Source: a virus
Virus record (IMG/VR): IMGVR_UViG_3300029634_000047
Span: 1 to 64,000 of that record
Direction: 5' to 3' (one strand)
Length of the DNA stretch: 64,000 nt
The notes under the pieces were generated by a model, which had not been told where the DNA came from, made no database searches, and saw nothing but the letters and a program-made list of their open reading frames with translations. How positions within the stretch are numbered: the first letter of the stretch is position 1; each line of letters starts with the position of its first letter. This document shows positions 10,304 to 19,981 of the stretch, piece by piece. Position numbers and translations under genes: made by a program.

Positions 10304-11533
10304 CTATTTTATAAGAAAATTTCTTTCCACATTTGCCATATCACGCATAATAGAGCTATCTAAAACTTTTGCATAATGCTGTGTCATTCGGATATTGGAA
10401 TGTCCCAAAATCTTAGACACATTTTCCATTGATACATCATTGGCAAGGAAAACAACTGTAGCCGCAGTATGTCTTGCAACATGCGTAGTTAGACGTTTAG
10501 TAATGCCGCATAAATCAGCGATTTCTTTTAAGTAGGCATTCATGCGCTGATTACTGATTACAGGCAAAAGTACACCTTTCTTTATGCACTCTGCATTATC
10601 TTCATATTTCCTCAATATCCTTTGAGGAATAGATAAAACAGGAATATTGCACATTTGATTAGTTTTCTGTCGTGCCTTGCGTATCCATAAAGCACCACTA
10701 TTGTCTTTTATCAGATGTTCACGGCTTAACTGCTGCACATCAACGAAAGCAAGCGCAGTAAAACAGCAAAAGACAAAAATGTCCCTTACCTGCTCCAGCC
10801 GTTTAATAGTAAATTCCTTGTTCATTAGAATATCCAGTTCCTCACGTGAAAGAAATTCCACATTTACTTCTTCCTGCTTGAAGTGGATGCCGTAAAATGG
10901 GTCTTTCTTTATCCAGTCGTTAGCCAAAGCAATACGGACAACCTTTTTCAAGTTCTTCAAATGTTTCAATGCAGAGTTGTTTTGGCAATGCTTATCCGTT
11001 TTCAGCCAAAAATCAAAATCACGGATAAACTGCCCATCCAGTTCTGCCAACATTATATCATCATGGTGGTAACAACTGCGGATATATTCTTTCAGGCGGT
11101 TTATGGAAGTATCAAACTTGGTAACGGTGCTTTCAGTATATTCTTTGCCAATCAGGGCACGACATTTTTCGTTATGCTCTGCATACATTTCCAGCAAACT
11201 GCGCTGTACCTTGTCCCGTCCGTAAAAACAATCCTTTATTATATCGGCTGTTATTGGCTTGTTATCTATCTCCAGTTCTCGGTGTATCTGCAATACTTTG
11301 GCACGAACCGTATTAATATAGTGGTTCAGTTCTGTGGCTACACGGTCTTTTCCTTTGGAACATTCCTTTTTCTGATTCCATAAATCTACAGGAATATTCC
11401 GTTTAATCATAACTTCGGCTACTCGCTTGTTTACGGTGATGCGCATACAAACAGGAGCTTCACCGTTTTTCAGAAGTTTTGATTTCTTAATGATGAACAA
11501 TACGCTTAATGTGTTTCTTTTCACTGCTCCCAT
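10304..11533 (-). CDS. int: tyrosine site-specific integrase (Bacteroides type, N-terminal arm-binding domain)
   Basis: C-terminal catalytic region HVARHTAATVVF...ILGHSNIRMTQHYAKV; N-terminal MRITVNKR arm-type domain. Confidence 0.85.
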   Translation of the reverse strand: MGAVKRNTLSVLFIIKKSKLLKNGEAPVCMRITVNKRVAEVMIKRNIPVDLWNQKKECSKGKDRVATELNHYINTVRAKVLQIHRELEIDNKPITADIIKDCFYGRDKVQRSLLEMYAEHNEKCRALIGKEYTESTVTKFDTSINRLKEYIRSCYHHDDIMLAELDGQFIRDFDFWLKTDKHCQNNSALKHLKNLKKVVRIALANDWIKKDPFYGIHFKQEEVNVEFLSREELDILMNKEFTIKRLEQVRDIFVFCCFTALAFVDVQQLSREHLIKDNSGALWIRKARQKTNQMCNIPVLSIPQRILRKYEDNAECIKKGVLLPVISNQRMNAYLKEIADLCGITKRLTTHVARHTAATVVFLANDVSMENVSKILGHSNIRMTQHYAKVLDSSIMRDMANVERNFLIK

Positions 11534-11864
11534 AATTCTTTGATTTTTAAGTGATACAAAATTAGTTTGTTACGCTCAAAAACCAGCTACGCAAAATACT
11601 GACAATCAAAGACAAATGCGTCAATTCGTGGGAGCAAAACCGGCTTTCAAAAAGTCCCATGAATAAGCCACGTAAGGACTGCCTAAAACCGCTATTTTTT
11701 GCCGAAGCGGAGAAAAAGAAAAAGCTCTGAAATCCTTGAATTTCAGAGCTTTGCTTTAATTTGCTATTTGCTTTCGCGGTGCGTACGGAACTAACACATT
11801 TTACTATCATACTGATAATCAGTAAAATACTTGTTAAAAATATATTAATGGTATCATATTTATA

Positions 11865-12203
11865 TCATCTCCGCTTATTTTCTTCTATAATTTTATGCAA
11901 AGCTTCTATTTGCATCATTGCACCCTCATAAGCCGCTTTATAATTGACATTCGCATCAATATCCGTCTCAATCATATTCCCTTTGCCAGTACAAAGCCAC
12001 TTCACATTCAATTCCGGAAACTTATCCACAATACGAGCTATTATATCAGTTCCAATAGCCCCCTTCCCGTTCCTTATGGAGTTATAGATGTATCTATTTG
12101 ACAATTCACAATAAGCCTCAAACGAGTTCTCACCTTTGACAACTCCCTTATCACGTGCATACCTTGCAAATTTTCGTAATCTGTCAATAGCCCTTTCTTC
12201 CAT
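11865..12203 (-). CDS. phage CI-like repressor HTH-domain protein
   Basis: N-terminal region resembles phage CI repressor HTH; adjacent to S24 repressor on same strand. Confidence 0.4.
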   Translation of the reverse strand: MEERAIDRLRKFARYARDKGVVKGENSFEAYCELSNRYIYNSIRNGKGAIGTDIIARIVDKFPELNVKWLCTGKGNMIETDIDANVNYKAAYEGAMMQIEALHKIIEENKRR

Positions 12204-12204
12204 A

Positions 12205-12975
12205 TCAAATAATCTTTTGACTTATTATGCGTAATGCTTGCCACATCCCCCTTATTTCTCTTCTCTCGACATCTAACTGGCCATGCTTGGGGTTATCAGC
12301 CTTTAAAGTCAGCACATTATCCAAGAAAAGACTGTTTTTCAATATCCGCTTGACTGAAAGCGTTTTCCCATACACAATACTCACAACTCCTGACGCGCTT
12401 TCCCACAAACCTTCTTCTATTTTGCGAGCAAGAATTTTAGCTCCGTCCGGTATAGTTGGCTCCATGCTGTCACCACGTACTTGAAAGACCATATAAGAAT
12501 CATCAAGCACTTCACCTTCTTCCGGCATGACACCATAAGAATCAATTTCATAAGCTGTGTTATATAAGCTTTCGACAAATGAAGCCGCAGCATCTATCGG
12601 AACATATTTTACTTTTACAAGAATATCTTGAAGATAAGGAGCTACTTTACTAATCGTAGAGTCTGATTGCATTCTCGCATTTTTCAGAGCATCCCTAATA
12701 TCCTTCTCCGAAGGTTCTATCTGTCCTGATGGAGTCTTTGCAAACAAACCTTCTCCAGTATATAGCCATGCTCTGCTCACATCATACTTCTCACAAAAAG
12801 CATCAATTGTTTTTTTACTTGGTAACTGAATCCCTTTTTTTATACTGGTAAGAGTTGATTCACTGGATATAATATTGTCTTTCTTCAATTTATACCCACT
12901 CAAACCACAATATGAAATTGCTTGCAAAAACCTTTTTGAGAGATCACTCAATTTTTTATCGTCAACTTCTTGCAT
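12205..12975 (-). CDS. LexA/CI-like repressor with S24 peptidase domain
   Basis: VRGDSMEPTIPDGAKIL S24 serine motif; N-terminal HTH region. Confidence 0.7.
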   Translation of the reverse strand: MQEVDDKKLSDLSKRFLQAISYCGLSGYKLKKDNIISSESTLTSIKKGIQLPSKKTIDAFCEKYDVSRAWLYTGEGLFAKTPSGQIEPSEKDIRDALKNARMQSDSTISKVAPYLQDILVKVKYVPIDAAASFVESLYNTAYEIDSYGVMPEEGEVLDDSYMVFQVRGDSMEPTIPDGAKILARKIEEGLWESASGVVSIVYGKTLSVKRILKNSLFLDNVLTLKADNPKHGQLDVERREIRGMWQALRIISQKII

Positions 12976-12994
12976 ACTTCGTAAATTAAGTAGT

Positions 12995-13104
12995 ATATTT
13001 GCATCCGTAATAGTAGCAGTATTACCACATAAATTGATTAAACATCCTATTTGGAGTTTATATATAGAAATCCGTAAATAGCTGCTACCTATTTGCGGAT
13101 TTTC
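12995..13104. promoter_or_regulatory. divergent control region: TAtaTTTG -7 element (12995-13002) and three copies of an AATCCG(T/C)AAATAG operator-like motif (13003-13013, 13069-13081, inverted 13091-13103)
   Basis: Repeated 11-13-bp motif in direct and inverted orientation immediately upstream of repressor start. Confidence 0.4.
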
Positions 13105-13330
13105 TTTTTCTCCACATTGTGTAATCGGCGGTAGGCCGCATAGCGGAGAGACAGAGGGTTACACTCTTACAACTCAATACTGCGAAGGGCGTGCGATATT
13201 GAGAGGCAAACGAAACCGGGATGCCTGCACAGCTACAAGTAAGCGAAAAATCCGGGAAGTCGGGTAACTTGTTAATGCCCGGCCAGCTAAGAACGGCGTA
13301 CTTATACGAACGAGACATTTCTTATGCTGC
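13105..13330. ncRNA. candidate structured RNA (GC-rich island with nested stems, e.g. ccggg...cccgg, gcgg..ccgc) of unknown family
   Basis: Clearly GC-richer than flanks, no credible ORF, several local inverted repeats; family not recognised. Confidence 0.25.
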
Positions 13331-13705
13331 ATATAGCAAAAACGGGAAACCGTCTAAGGGCTAACTATGCAGCAATCCAGCACCTTACCGAATGAGATCG
13401 TCTTTTACTTCTTCAATTATTACAATACTAATAGAACGACATTACTTTTTTTCAGAAAGCTTTCTTTTTACGCAAACCTCACTTGTATAACATTTTATAA
13501 ACCAACAATTTACATTAAAACATGTTTTATAACATACGAAATACTACAAATTTTAAGAAGTATTTTATTGTACTTCTGAAAATATGAAGTATATTTGCAA
13601 CGTCAAACAAACAAAGAGTGTAAGTTTGAACAACAAGAAAGCTGGCGACTTCAAAAGCCACTTACTACATATCTCATTGGCAAATGTAGTTGTTAGCTTT
13701 CTTTT

Positions 13706-13954
13706 ATGCAAATTTTTTGTGGAAAATTTAAGTATAAAATAGAAAATAATATGAAAGTAACAAAGAAAGATATTCTAAGCATTAAAGCTGGTTCTTCCAA
13801 AGTAATGCAGCTGGATTCTTACAAGGATTGCGTCAATGCAAGAAGCTACGCCTATCAATTAGCTTTTACTGATCCCCGTGAAGATGTTGAAAGATATTCA
13901 ATATCCATCGACAAAGATAAAAATCAGATAACCATCGAAGCGATAAAGAAATGA
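13706..13954 (+). CDS. hypothetical protein
   Basis: ORF with coupled downstream gene. Confidence 0.3.
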   Translation: MQIFCGKFKYKIENNMKVTKKDILSIKAGSSKVMQLDSYKDCVNARSYAYQLAFTDPREDVERYSISIDKDKNQITIEAIKK

Positions 13955-14202
13955 ACCGTTCAGATGCCAAAATGATTGCAGAAGAACTGCACAAGTTTAT
14001 TCGCAATGATGTGAGAAAGGCTGTAACTGAAATGGCGACTGCTGAAACCGAAGAGTATTTGAATGCCAAACAAGCTGCTGTATTTCTCGGATGGAAGTTG
14101 CAAACCTTATACAATCGAATACATGATATTCCTCACACCAAAAATGGCAAGAGTCTCATTTTTACCAAATCAGCTTTGAGAAAATTCATGGAAAGAAAAT
14201 AA
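13951..14202 (+). CDS. excisionase/AlpA-like HTH DNA-binding protein
   Basis: LNAKQAAVFLGWKLQTLYNRIHDIPHTK HTH; followed by hairpin terminator. Confidence 0.45.
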   Translation: MNRSDAKMIAEELHKFIRNDVRKAVTEMATAETEEYLNAKQAAVFLGWKLQTLYNRIHDIPHTKNGKSLIFTKSALRKFMERK

Positions 14203-14232
14203 TCCCGGACGGATTTGGCCGTCTTTCCGGGA
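14203..14232 (+). terminator. hairpin tcccgga...tccggga
   Basis: 7-bp perfect stem right after stop of 13951-14202. Confidence 0.4.
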
Positions 14233-14586
14233 ACTAACAAAACGTTCTTTGACATATTGTATAGTCTGAACAAATAAAGACTTAAAACAAGGTTTACTGC
14301 TTATCTAAAGGGCGAAATAGACCGACAAAGTAGCCAAAGCGGATTAGTGAAAAGAGTGTGAATACGGACTGCCAATAAGAAGATGCAGCACACGAATCAC
14401 TAAGTTATCAAAAACAACTTATATTATGACAAAGTAAACGTAGGGCGTTTATAAATACATTCTTAACTGAATAGATACTTTAAATGATATATATACCCGT
14501 GCTTCGCAAGAAGCGGTCACCGCTAAAAAGCTACGGCCAACAATCCATCGGAACGCGGACGGGAACACATTTTAAATGCTAAAAGT

Positions 14587-15288
14587 ATGAAAGGATTTAC
14601 AGAAATGACCGAGCAAGAGATTCTTGCGTTAACGGAGGAAGATGTACAGAAATTGATTAAACTCCGCATGATGGAGGAAGGTATCAAAATTATGGATAAG
14701 CCGGAGGTTCCCGAATTGTTTGAGATTGAACCTGCTGATTTGAAAGTGTTCACGATCCCATTCTTTGAAGGTTACGCTTTTACAGACATGGAAGAAGCGA
14801 ATGCGGTAGCAGAAGCATTACGTAATGCGAAAACCCTTCGCAAAGTTGAATACGATTGGAACAAACTCGGAAGCGACTACAAATATCTCGTCAAGAAAGA
14901 TAAATACAATTACTCTATCAAGCCAGACTTTGAGGTTAACTGTGGCTTTGTATATTCAAGTGAACTATACGAAAAGATTTCAAACTTTGCCGCACAGAAC
15001 AAGGTTATGAAAGAACAAGCAGCGAAAGACCAAAAAGAATATGACGAAAAGATGCAAGAAGCGTCCGGTATTATCTCGGAAATAAGCGGACGGGTTAAAG
15101 AGGTCAAAGTTAAGTATGAGCGATTGAATAGGCTTACTTACAAATTCGCTACTGACTATTATCCCCTTTCCGATCACAATGAGGATATGGCAATGAAATT
15201 TATGGCTAAAGCCTATTCTTTTACAGATAAAGAAAAAGAATACATATTACAGAATTACAAAGAATTACTATCTACAAGTGATGAATAA
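14587..15288 (+). CDS. acidic hypothetical protein
   Basis: 233-aa D/E-rich ORF in early region. Confidence 0.35.
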   Translation: MKGFTEMTEQEILALTEEDVQKLIKLRMMEEGIKIMDKPEVPELFEIEPADLKVFTIPFFEGYAFTDMEEANAVAEALRNAKTLRKVEYDWNKLGSDYKYLVKKDKYNYSIKPDFEVNCGFVYSSELYEKISNFAAQNKVMKEQAAKDQKEYDEKMQEASGIISEISGRVKEVKVKYERLNRLTYKFATDYYPLSDHNEDMAMKFMAKAYSFTDKEKEYILQNYKELLSTSDE

Positions 15289-15359
15289 GTTTTTTAGTTA
15301 GTTATTGGCTCCTTGCTTGCGAAAGTAGGGAGTTTTTTGTAAAACTCCAAATTCATTAT

Positions 15360-16328
15360 ATGAGTAATATAGAAGATACAATTTACAATCTGCCAAATGA
15401 AGAATACCACCGTGGAGAAAGATTCAAAGATTTCCTAAGTAGTACGCAGATTAAAGATTATATGGTGTCCCCAAAGTTTGCCCGATACAAGGCATTGCAC
15501 CCTGAAATGTTCGAGATCAGTATTGAAGCTTCTGAAAAAGGCTCGCTGTACCATGATGCAATGGAAAGTCTTGTTAATACTGGAACACTTGACAAATGGA
15601 GAAACAATCTTCTTGTATTTGAGCCACCTATAAATCCTAAAACTGGCTGTCCGTATGGACGAGACACCCAAAAATATCAGATTGCACTAATAGAGGCCAA
15701 AGAATCAAATCCCGGTAAAACATTGACAAGCACAACCGATATACAATTGGTTGAAACAATGGTTTATGAGCTTCTTAATAATTGCCGGGACACCTCCAAA
15801 CAGATTAGGCAGATATTAAAATGGGGAAAAGCCGAAGTTAGCCATTTCGTTGAATACGAAGGATGCAAGTTCAAATATCGCCCTGATGTGGAAACGGCCA
15901 AAAAAATTGTTGACTGGAAAACATTGGCGGTTGATGATCTTCATGAAGAAACAGTTAACCGGACTATCGCCAAATTTCATTACGGTATTTCGGCAGCCTT
16001 CTACCAGTTTTTTGAACATGAACGTACTGGAGTATGGAAGGAGTTCTACTGGGTTATGCAACAAAAGACAGCTCCCTATGACGCAGTATTTGTCAGTGCA
16101 GCTAACTGGGCTTTCCATTTGGAAGACGGAATTGTGAAAATGGGGGCAAGCGCATTGGCATTCAAGAAATTGTTAGACCAGCATGTTTACTGTACACAAA
16201 ACAATGATTTTGACGGTGCACAGATATTTATTCAGCCGGGATTCAAAGGACGAAGAATAATGATACCTGACACACCTGCATTTGAAAAGAACAAGATGTT
16301 TAACTTTTATAATAATCAAGAACAATGA
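15360..16328 (+). CDS. PD-(D/E)XK exonuclease (DUF3799/RecE-like)
   Basis: N-terminal NEEYHRGERFKDFLSSTQIKDYMVSPKFARYK pattern of DUF3799; immediately upstream of recT. Confidence 0.5.
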   Translation: MSNIEDTIYNLPNEEYHRGERFKDFLSSTQIKDYMVSPKFARYKALHPEMFEISIEASEKGSLYHDAMESLVNTGTLDKWRNNLLVFEPPINPKTGCPYGRDTQKYQIALIEAKESNPGKTLTSTTDIQLVETMVYELLNNCRDTSKQIRQILKWGKAEVSHFVEYEGCKFKYRPDVETAKKIVDWKTLAVDDLHEETVNRTIAKFHYGISAAFYQFFEHERTGVWKEFYWVMQQKTAPYDAVFVSAANWAFHLEDGIVKMGASALAFKKLLDQHVYCTQNNDFDGAQIFIQPGFKGRRIMIPDTPAFEKNKMFNFYNNQEQ

Positions 16329-17233
16329 GTAAAACAGAGAATCAATCCCCCCAACAAGGGAACTTGGGAATGGAACAACACAATGCTCCTTCACCAACAA
16401 AAACAGAACCGGTCTCCCCAACACCTTCCACACCACAACCGCCCGTTCCTTCTGCCCCACCAGCCTTTCCAGTACAACTGAAAGGATTGGAAAGCTGTTT
16501 TATCTCCCCTAAAAAGGCATTTATAGCAGCTGGTGGCACAGAACAGCAATTTGCCCGTGAAGTCAATTTCGCTATGCAGGCAATGTTGAATAATCCTTAT
16601 TTGATTGACTGTGCCCGGCAATATCCCGATCATCTTGTCGAAGCAATCAAAAACGTTTCTCTTACCGGTCTGACGCTCAATCCTGAACTAAGGTTGGGGT
16701 ATCTTGTACCGTACAAAGGCAAAGTGAAGTTCCAAGCTTCATACATGGGTAAAGTTGATATTTTGATCCGCACCGGTGTTGTAAAAGATATTTATTCTGA
16801 TTTGGTTTATGCTAATGACGAGTTCAGCATGACAAAAGGTACCGGTGGCACTATCATCCACAAACCCAATGTATTCGGAGAACGTGGTGATCTTCTTGGA
16901 GGCTACTATTTTGCAGTCTTGACTTCCGGTGTTGTAAAATTCGATGCAATGCCCAAAGCACGTATTGAAGAAATAAAAAGTCGTAGTGAGGCTGTCAAGA
17001 AAGGCAAGCAATCCCCGTGGGACACAGACTTTGAAGAAATGGCTCGAAAAACAATCGTGAACTGGGCTTTCAAATTCCTGCCCAAAACCGGCATTTCAGA
17101 TTCCATGATTAAAGTTCTTGAAACAGAGAGCCAGTTGGATGATGAAATGTTTGAAGACTGGAAAAAGGCACAAGGTCAGAAACCGGACGATTTTGAGGAA
17201 GACGATACTCCATACGCAGAAGAAGTCAAGTAA
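16325..17233 (+). CDS. recT: RecT-family ssDNA annealing protein
   Basis: RecT-like core (TLNPELRLGYLVPYKGKVKFQASYMG...); Pro-rich N-terminus. Confidence 0.7.
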   Translation: MSKTENQSPQQGNLGMEQHNAPSPTKTEPVSPTPSTPQPPVPSAPPAFPVQLKGLESCFISPKKAFIAAGGTEQQFAREVNFAMQAMLNNPYLIDCARQYPDHLVEAIKNVSLTGLTLNPELRLGYLVPYKGKVKFQASYMGKVDILIRTGVVKDIYSDLVYANDEFSMTKGTGGTIIHKPNVFGERGDLLGGYYFAVLTSGVVKFDAMPKARIEEIKSRSEAVKKGKQSPWDTDFEEMARKTIVNWAFKFLPKTGISDSMIKVLETESQLDDEMFEDWKKAQGQKPDDFEEDDTPYAEEVK

Positions 17234-17457
17234 TGGATTCATGTGAAAAAATTAGTAACAGTATCACAGCGGCTAAAGAACTGATCGAAAATGAAACACG
17301 TTCTTTGGCTGCTTTACATAAAGCAAAACAGCTTGAAAAAGAGCTTCATAAATCCGGCAAGTTGTTTCGTATTCCTACAATGAACGGAATTATAGAAACA
17401 ACCTGCCCGGAAAAATACATAGAATACAATAACCAGTTTAAAATCAAATTAAAATGA
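17233..17457 (+). CDS. hypothetical protein
   Basis: ATGA-coupled small ORF. Confidence 0.3.
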   Translation: MDSCEKISNSITAAKELIENETRSLAALHKAKQLEKELHKSGKLFRIPTMNGIIETTCPEKYIEYNNQFKIKLK

Positions 17458-18069
17458 GAACAGTAACAGTTGAAGTGCCCGAAGGACACATGGTAAAAAT
17501 CGTGAAAGAAGAAAGTATGCAATCTACCCAAAAAGTTATGGGGGGGGGGTAAATTTGAGTTTGAAGGTGAGACATTCATCCCCGGTGACGTAATTATCAA
17601 TCCAAATCGCGGAGGGGGCAGCATGATGATTCTCTCTGAAATTAGAGAAGAAAGGCCGCTTCCTTTTTTACCAGCAATAAAAGTACCTTTCGGCCTTGTC
17701 GCTTATGTTCCTTCCAACGATGAAGGTGACAGAGTTTTTGTAAAACTCACACCCGAAGCTGGTATCGGAGGCATGAAGGGATTCCGTAAAGCTACAGAAG
17801 AGGAAAAGGCAAAGATGCTTGCCGCCATGAAGGAAGAAAAACATTACTCCTTCAATTTTGAGAAGTTACAGCCTGAATATATCCCGACTGTCGGCGATGT
17901 TGTTATTGTATGGGATGATAACAACAAAGAAAATGCGGTAGTCGGTATTATGAATGAAGTGGATGAAACGAGCAACCCATACAAAATAAATGATGGCACT
18001 TGGTATAAGAACTGCGACAAGTTCGTTTCAGAAAAACAATATAAAAATTTGATTGATGGGAAAGAGTAA
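17454..18069 (+). CDS. hypothetical protein interrupted at a G10 tract (17540-17549)
   Basis: ATG 17454 frame reads ...QKVMGGG* through G10; downstream frame (track ORF 17623-18069) continues; deleting one G fuses. Confidence 0.4.
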
Positions 18070-18355
18070 ATCTAAATCGGGGGGGGCGAGAAATTACACT
18101 CCCCTTCTCACAGCTCGTCCCAAAGGAATGAGCTACCAAGAGTATCGTGAACGCAGAGCCTATCAGAACGCATGGTTGAAAGAGCGACTGAAAGGCTTTA
18201 TTTGTTATGTATCGTCTGAACTGGTTGTATATGACAAAATAACGGGATTACCCCGATTATTCAATCATCGTACAGATGATATACACAAAGCAAACATAAG
18301 GACTAACCCACAGCCATTTGTCGGTTCTGCCCGATATGGCTTAAAACCGTTATGA
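18053..18355 (+). CDS. hypothetical protein (contains in-frame G8 at 18079-18086)
   Basis: ORF; overlaps previous gene by 17 nt in the +1 frame. Confidence 0.3.
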   Translation: MMGKSKSKSGGARNYTPLLTARPKGMSYQEYRERRAYQNAWLKERLKGFICYVSSELVVYDKITGLPRLFNHRTDDIHKANIRTNPQPFVGSARYGLKPL

Positions 18356-18356
18356 T

Positions 18357-18785
18357 ATGGATAAAGAACTATTTAAAGACAAGAATCCATTGCTTCGCAG
18401 ACAAATGTTGGAAGACAATTGCGCAGCAGTTGAAAGAATCACCTATACCTCTCCTTTCAGTGAGGAAGAAATGGGTGAACGGAAAACGGAGTTGGCAAAT
18501 ATTGATCTTGATATGGCCGCACTGGAAGAAGAAAAGAAAGCTTTCATGCAGGCATACAAAGACAAGATGAAACCTAAAAAAGAGCGTAAAAAAACGTTGC
18601 TTACCGATATAAAGCGTGGTTATGAGGAAATTACGGATGAATGCTTTAAGTTCATGGAACGTAGCACCCGTACTACCGGATATTACAATGGTAATGGTGA
18701 CTTGGTTAAAGAACGTCCGATGGAAGCACAAGAGATGCAAAAAACTGTATTCGAGGACATTGAATCTACTGGTACGGAGGGATAA
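18357..18785 (+). CDS. hypothetical protein
   Basis: ORF. Confidence 0.3.
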   Translation: MDKELFKDKNPLLRRQMLEDNCAAVERITYTSPFSEEEMGERKTELANIDLDMAALEEEKKAFMQAYKDKMKPKKERKKTLLTDIKRGYEEITDECFKFMERSTRTTGYYNGNGDLVKERPMEAQEMQKTVFEDIESTGTEG

Positions 18786-18788
18786 GCC

Positions 18789-19067
18789 ATGAGAAAAGAA
18801 GAACTTATCAAGCAAGTAGCCGAATCAACCGGTATCGCTATTTGTGAAGTCCGAACTGTCATAGAGGCAGCACTAAAAGAGACCGTGAATGCAGTAGCTA
18901 ATGGAAAGACTCTTTATATCAGAGGTTTTGGCACACTGTCACCCAAACACTATAAACGAAAAGTAGCTCGTAACATACACAAAAACGAGACTATTGTCAT
19001 AGCGGAGCATTATACTCCACATTTCAAACCTGCCAAATCATTTAAAAATAAAACTAAAAATTTGTAG
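18789..19067 (+). CDS. HU/IHF-family DNA-binding protein
   Basis: ELIKQVAESTGI...ALKETVNAVANGKTLYIRGFGTL typical HU fold sequence. Confidence 0.8.
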   Translation: MRKEELIKQVAESTGIAICEVRTVIEAALKETVNAVANGKTLYIRGFGTLSPKHYKRKVARNIHKNETIVIAEHYTPHFKPAKSFKNKTKNL

Positions 19068-19073
19068 AACAGC

Positions 19074-19817
19074 ATGGAAAACGAAAAGATGCAAGTGAAC
19101 TTTGCTCCAGGTATGACCGAAGCAACACTTAGGGTTATTGAACTTCACGAAGAAAATGAGTTACCGGTACTGGAGCCTGATAAGGTAGAATTAGCCGGAA
19201 CAATTGGAAGTGTTCATGAATTTCTCTTGAAAAGAATCTCTGAAAAAGAACAGATCAATCAGAAACGTTGCTATATTCTTGTTGATCGGGAGAAAATGAC
19301 ACTTAAACTTGTCACCAATGAAACTGACAGTAGGAATAAAGCTACTGTAAGAGGTGAGTTGAAATACTATCCCAAGTTTCTTGAATTTGGTATTAACACA
19401 AGCAAGACATGGGAACCGGTGCAGCTTTCAAAGTTCTTCAAAATGAATCGTGCCTTCTTCAAGGATGCACAATACAACATGGAACTGGTAACAGTCTTGA
19501 AGAACTTCAAAGCCAGCATTGACTCAAAAGTGGAAAACTCCCGACAAGACAACGGTAGTCGCACTGACAATTACAGCCAAGTTGTCAACTCCAATCTTCC
19601 GGCCTCATTCAATCTTATTGTCCCGATTTTCAAAGGTCGCCCTGCAGAAGAGATTGAAGTGGAAATCATTGCAGATGTGGACGGGCGTAATATTCGATTG
19701 TCCCTTTGCTCCCCTGGTGCAGAAGTGATAGTGGAAGAGGAACGCAACAAGGCCATTGACGAGCAATTATTGTTGATCCGTAAATTGGCACCGGATATTG
19801 CCATTATCGAACAATAA
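19074..19817 (+). CDS. hypothetical protein
   Basis: ORF. Confidence 0.35.
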   Translation: MENEKMQVNFAPGMTEATLRVIELHEENELPVLEPDKVELAGTIGSVHEFLLKRISEKEQINQKRCYILVDREKMTLKLVTNETDSRNKATVRGELKYYPKFLEFGINTSKTWEPVQLSKFFKMNRAFFKDAQYNMELVTVLKNFKASIDSKVENSRQDNGSRTDNYSQVVNSNLPASFNLIVPIFKGRPAEEIEVEIIADVDGRNIRLSLCSPGAEVIVEEERNKAIDEQLLLIRKLAPDIAIIEQ

Positions 19818-19819
19818 CA

Positions 19820-19981
19820 ATGAAGACTGTAAAGAAATACTGGAAGCCGGTACTTGTCGTATCGGCTTTCTTCATTGGCAACCGCGTATTCAATCACATA
19901 AATGCGTGGTTGGGAATTTCAATAATTATGCTAACAGTAGCATTTATAGTTTATAATATCATTAAAAAAAGTAGAAAATGA
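19820..19981 (+). CDS. small membrane protein (53 aa, not in track)
   Basis: ATG at 19820, hydrophobic core, ATGA coupling to next gene. Confidence 0.3.
   Translation: MKTVKKYWKPVLVVSAFFIGNRVFNHINAWLGISIIMLTVAFIVYNIIKKSRK

Larger units (their letters stand above)
4850..11560. mobile_element. remnant integrative/mobilizable element (HTH_17 x3, MobC-like, DUF3408-like, SIR2 cargo, tyrosine integrase); boundaries approximate
   Basis: Gene content typical of Bacteroides integrative mobilizable elements; no relaxase or coupling protein present, so probably decayed; integrase may instead belong to the adjacent prophage. Confidence 0.35.

Noticed and set aside
226-11789. 13-bp direct repeat gcggtgcgtacgg at 226-238 and 11777-11789 as attL/attR of an 11.5-kb element
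   Set aside because: A 13-mer exact match is expected tens of times by chance in 64 kb. The bracketed region contains ordinary housekeeping-type genes (AraC, AKR). No tRNA target found.
11562-11810. 82-aa minus-strand ORF after the integrase
   Set aside because: Low-complexity translation overlapping a hairpin (gctctgaaa...tttcagagc) in an intergenic region. Likely non-coding.
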